Positions 29,476 through 32,000 of a stretch of 32,000 nt of DNA are shown here, one piece after another. Within the stretch, counting starts at the first letter, position 1, and each line of letters opens with the position of its first letter. Where the stretch lies: the NCBI RefSeq assembly GCF_054902455.1, contig NZ_CM142769.1; one strand, given 5' to 3'. The notes under the pieces are model-generated. The model did no database searches and was not told the DNA's origin. It was given only the letters and a program-made list of their open reading frames with translations. Both the position numbers and the translations under genes were made by a program.

Positions 29476-30372
29476 ATGACCAGAATTGCATGCGTGGGTA
29501 TCACAGTTCAGGACAGGATTTATTCTTTGCCCACTCTGCCGGAGGGCGGCGGGAAATATCAGGCAAATCATTATCTTGAGATTGGTGGCGGCCCGGCAGC
29601 AACAGCCGCTGTTGCAATCGCAAAGCTTGGCGTGGAGGTTGATTTCATCGGTCGCGTCGGCGATGACAGTTGTGGAAATACCTTACTTGCAGAACTTGAG
29701 GGTTGGGGCGTCAATACCGCATTTTGCCGCCGATATCCTAACGCCCGTTCGTCGCAATCAGCGATCCTCGTTGATCAGCATGGCGAACGGATTATCGTTA
29801 ATTATCCAAGTCCTGATCTCGGTACTGATGCCGAATGGTTAGAAGCGATCGATTTCTCTCGTTATGATCTGATTCTGGCCGATGTTCGCTGGCATAGCGG
29901 TACTGAAAAAGCATTCTCGCTAGCGCGCCTTGCGGGTGTGACAACGCTTTTAGACGCCGATATGACACCGCAGGATATTTCTCCACTTGTCGCGCTTGCC
30001 GATCACGCCGTGTTCTCAACACCAGGGCTGAAACGCATGACTGGCCTGCAGTCACCTGAAGAAGGTTTGTTCCAGGCAACGACACAAACAGCAGGTAAAG
30101 TGTATGTTACGCTGGGTTCTGAAGGATCGTTGTGGATTGAAGATGGTCATTTGTGTCAACAGGAGGCATTTTCTGTCAATGTGGTTGATACCACTGGAGC
30201 AGGCGATGTTTTTCACGGCGCACTCGCGGTAGCGTTGGCAGAAAAAATGCCAACAAAAGAGGCTATTCGTTTTGCCAGTGCGGTTGCCGCGATGAAATGT
30301 ACCCAGCCTGGCGGTCGGGCCGGCATTCCTAATCGTGAGCAAACCGAATCATTTTTGTCACTTTATGCGTAA
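29476..30372 (+). CDS. YihV-like PfkB-family sugar kinase (sulfofructose kinase-like); likely start MTRIACVG at 29476
   Basis: [76 protein letters not shown]. Confidence 0.93.
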   Translation: MTRIACVGITVQDRIYSLPTLPEGGGKYQANHYLEIGGGPAATAAVAIAKLGVEVDFIGRVGDDSCGNTLLAELEGWGVNTAFCRRYPNARSSQSAILVDQHGERIIVNYPSPDLGTDAEWLEAIDFSRYDLILADVRWHSGTEKAFSLARLAGVTTLLDADMTPQDISPLVALADHAVFSTPGLKRMTGLQSPEEGLFQATTQTAGKVYVTLGSEGSLWIEDGHLCQQEAFSVNVVDTTGAGDVFHGALAVALAEKMPTKEAIRFASAVAAMKCTQPGGRAGIPNREQTESFLSLYA

Positions 30373-30411
30373 AATGGTAAACATCTACCGAGGAGGGGCA
30401 AGGGAGTATTC

Positions 30412-31200
30412 ATGAGTATCATCGAAGTGACAGGTAATCCACGCCATGACCAACTCGTTCATCTAATCGCAGAACGCGGTTATATGAATATTGAAGAACT
30501 GGCACAACTGCTGGATGTTTCAACGCAAACCGTGCGCCGGGATATCCGAAAACTCAGTGAGCAGGGCTTGATCACCCGTCATCATGGAGGGGCCGGGCGC
30601 GTCTCCAGCGTCATGAATACCGCTTTTGAGCAACGGGAACTATCGCTCACCGCCGAGAAACGGGCGATCGCTGAGGCAGTCGCCGATTACCTTCCCGAAC
30701 GCTGTACCGTTTTTATCACCATCGGTACAACCGTAGAAGCCGTTGCCAGGGCATTACTCAACCGGCGTGATTTACGCATTATCACTAACAGCCTACGTGT
30801 GGCACAGATTCTTTATAAGAATCAGGATATTGAAGTGATGGTGCCGGGAGGCACTTTACGCGCTCATAACGGCGGGATTATCGGCCCAGGAGCCGTGGAT
30901 TTTATTGAAGGCTTCCGCGCAGATTATTTAATCACCAGTATAGGTGCCATTGAACATGACGGCACCCTACTGGAATTTGATGTAAATGAAGCGTTAGTCG
31001 CGAGAACGATGATTAAACATGCGCGGAATACATTGTTAGTGGCCGATCATACGAAGTTTGCCGCGTCTGCTGCCGTTTCAATTGGCAATGCACGGAATGT
31101 CAGGGCTTTTTTTACTGATGCCCCGCCTCCCAATTCTTTCTGCCAGTTGTTAAGTGAAGAGAATGTTGAACTGGTGGTTGCCGAGCAAGAAGTATCCTGA
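30412..31200 (+). CDS. YihW (CsqR)-like DeoR-family regulator
   Basis: DELAQLL-type HTH LAQLLDVSTQTVRRDIRKLSEQGLITRHHGGAGR, effector domain FITIGTTVEAVARALLNRR, LLVADHTKFAA. Confidence 0.93.
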   Translation: MSIIEVTGNPRHDQLVHLIAERGYMNIEELAQLLDVSTQTVRRDIRKLSEQGLITRHHGGAGRVSSVMNTAFEQRELSLTAEKRAIAEAVADYLPERCTVFITIGTTVEAVARALLNRRDLRIITNSLRVAQILYKNQDIEVMVPGGTLRAHNGGIIGPGAVDFIEGFRADYLITSIGAIEHDGTLLEFDVNEALVARTMIKHARNTLLVADHTKFAASAAVSIGNARNVRAFFTDAPPPNSFCQLLSEENVELVVAEQEVS

Positions 31201-31259
31201 AATTGAAACTTCGGTTGATACGGTTTTCGTTGGCCGGATTAAGCACATCCGGCCACTAA

Positions 31260-32000
31260 TTAAGCTTCAGCCGCCAGCATCTCTTTCTTACGTTGGCTAA
31301 TACGCTTAACCAGCATTACGGAAACCACCGCACCACAGAATGCGAAGCAGGCCATAATGCCAAACACGATTTTGTAGCCAATAATCCCCGGATTTAAATC
31401 CAGAATGTAGCCATACAGACTGAAGCAGAACATCGCCGGGGCGTAACCAATAAAGCTACCCAACGCCATCGCCGCGCCTGTTTTATTTTCAGCAATTTTT
31501 GCTTCGCCGATAGGTGCAAAAAATACGGCTCGCTGTGTAAAGACTATCGCGCCAAAGCCCAGCGTACATGCCATCCCTAAATAGACCGGCATACTTTCGT
31601 GCGGCAGCATAATCAACAGTACGAGCGCAGCGGTACTGATGATAAAGGTGTAGCATAGATATTTACTCGGCGATTTCAGGATCTTATCTGAAATCATGCC
31701 ACCAATCGGTCCACCAATCATTTTCAGACAGTATTGGTTAATGATGCCGTAAGCCCCCACCAGCGCAACGGGCAATAGATAGATGTTTTTCAGGAATGGA
31801 ATGAAGAATGTCAGGCCACAGTAAACCGCATAAACGAAGAAGACGTTGAAAGCGATAAGCCAGATAGTTTTGTCTTTCAGCACCGAGGTCATACTGGTGT
31901 TTTTCGATGCTCCGTCTTCTTTTTTCACCTCAACGGACGGTGCCTCTTCTTTGTCATTCAGAACAAAGAAAATGATAATGCCTACGGCAATCACAATAAG
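31260..32000 (-). CDS. yihN: YihN-like MFS transporter (partial, N-terminus beyond window end)
   Basis: Multi-TM MFS C-terminal half, GGPIGGMISDKILKSPSKYLCYTF, VKRISQRKKEMLAAEA; position matches yihN next to the yih locus. Confidence 0.75.
   Translation of the reverse strand, partial: LIVIAVGIIIFFVLNDKEEAPSVEVKKEDGASKNTSMTSVLKDKTIWLIAFNVFFVYAVYCGLTFFIPFLKNIYLLPVALVGAYGIINQYCLKMIGGPIGGMISDKILKSPSKYLCYTFIISTAALVLLIMLPHESMPVYLGMACTLGFGAIVFTQRAVFFAPIGEAKIAENKTGAAMALGSFIGYAPAMFCFSLYGYILDLNPGIIGYKIVFGIMACFAFCGAVVSVMLVKRISQRKKEMLAAEA

Noticed and set aside
29304-29504. N-terminal extension of the reductase ORF ([21 protein letters not shown]...)
   Set aside because: It lies in the divergent intergenic region; the conserved protein starts [13 protein letters not shown] at 29303.
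22642-30372. Assigning the cluster as the canonical E. coli sulfoquinovose operon
   Set aside because: The reductase, kinase, aldolase and regulator match, but there is no YihQ-type glycosidase, YihS isomerase or YihO/YihP-type transporter in the interval, and a zinc dehydrogenase plus unrelated MFS genes are present.
1-32000. CRISPR array, integrase/transposase, tRNA or rRNA genes
   Set aside because: No regularly spaced repeats, mobile-element proteins or recognisable tRNA/rRNA sequence noticed by eye; only the one ~100-bp repeat pair and small hairpins were seen.

Overview
Chromosomal segment from Escherichia coli or a very close relative. Gene identities come from protein-level recognition from memory; no searches were run. 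Left to right: a partial outer-membrane carbohydrate-porin-like gene (1-1032, -); the frvA-frvB-frvX-frvR PTS/peptidase operon, with frvR split by a 1-nt frameshift; an N-terminally truncated yiiG; fdhD; the formate dehydrogenase-O operon fdoG(Sec)-fdoH-fdoI-fdhE; two small ribbon-helix-helix genes (yiiF, yiiE), the first next to a degraded PIN-toxin remnant; an AT-rich accessory block (about 14.45-19.56 kb) with small Arg/Cys-rich proteins, a HigBA-like toxin-antitoxin pair with a frameshifted toxin, an HSL-family hydrolase bracketed by two copies of a ~100-bp repeat, and a large gene with a CKSAKDRT (CX5R) phosphoinositide-phosphatase signature resembling SopB/IpgD/INPP4 effectors; core genes yiiD(fabY), dtd, yihY, yihX; and a variant of the yih sulfoglycolysis locus. 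The variant locus keeps the YihT-like aldolase, YihU-like sulfolactaldehyde reductase, YihV-like kinase and YihW-like DeoR regulator. In the sequence shown it lacks a YihQ sulfoquinovosidase and a YihS isomerase. In their place are a zinc-dependent medium-chain dehydrogenase, two MFS transporters and an aldose-1-epimerase-like protein. This variant locus is the best candidate for an under-described system. I infer a redox-balanced pathway for a sulfosugar or sulfopolyol other than the canonical sulfoquinovose route.
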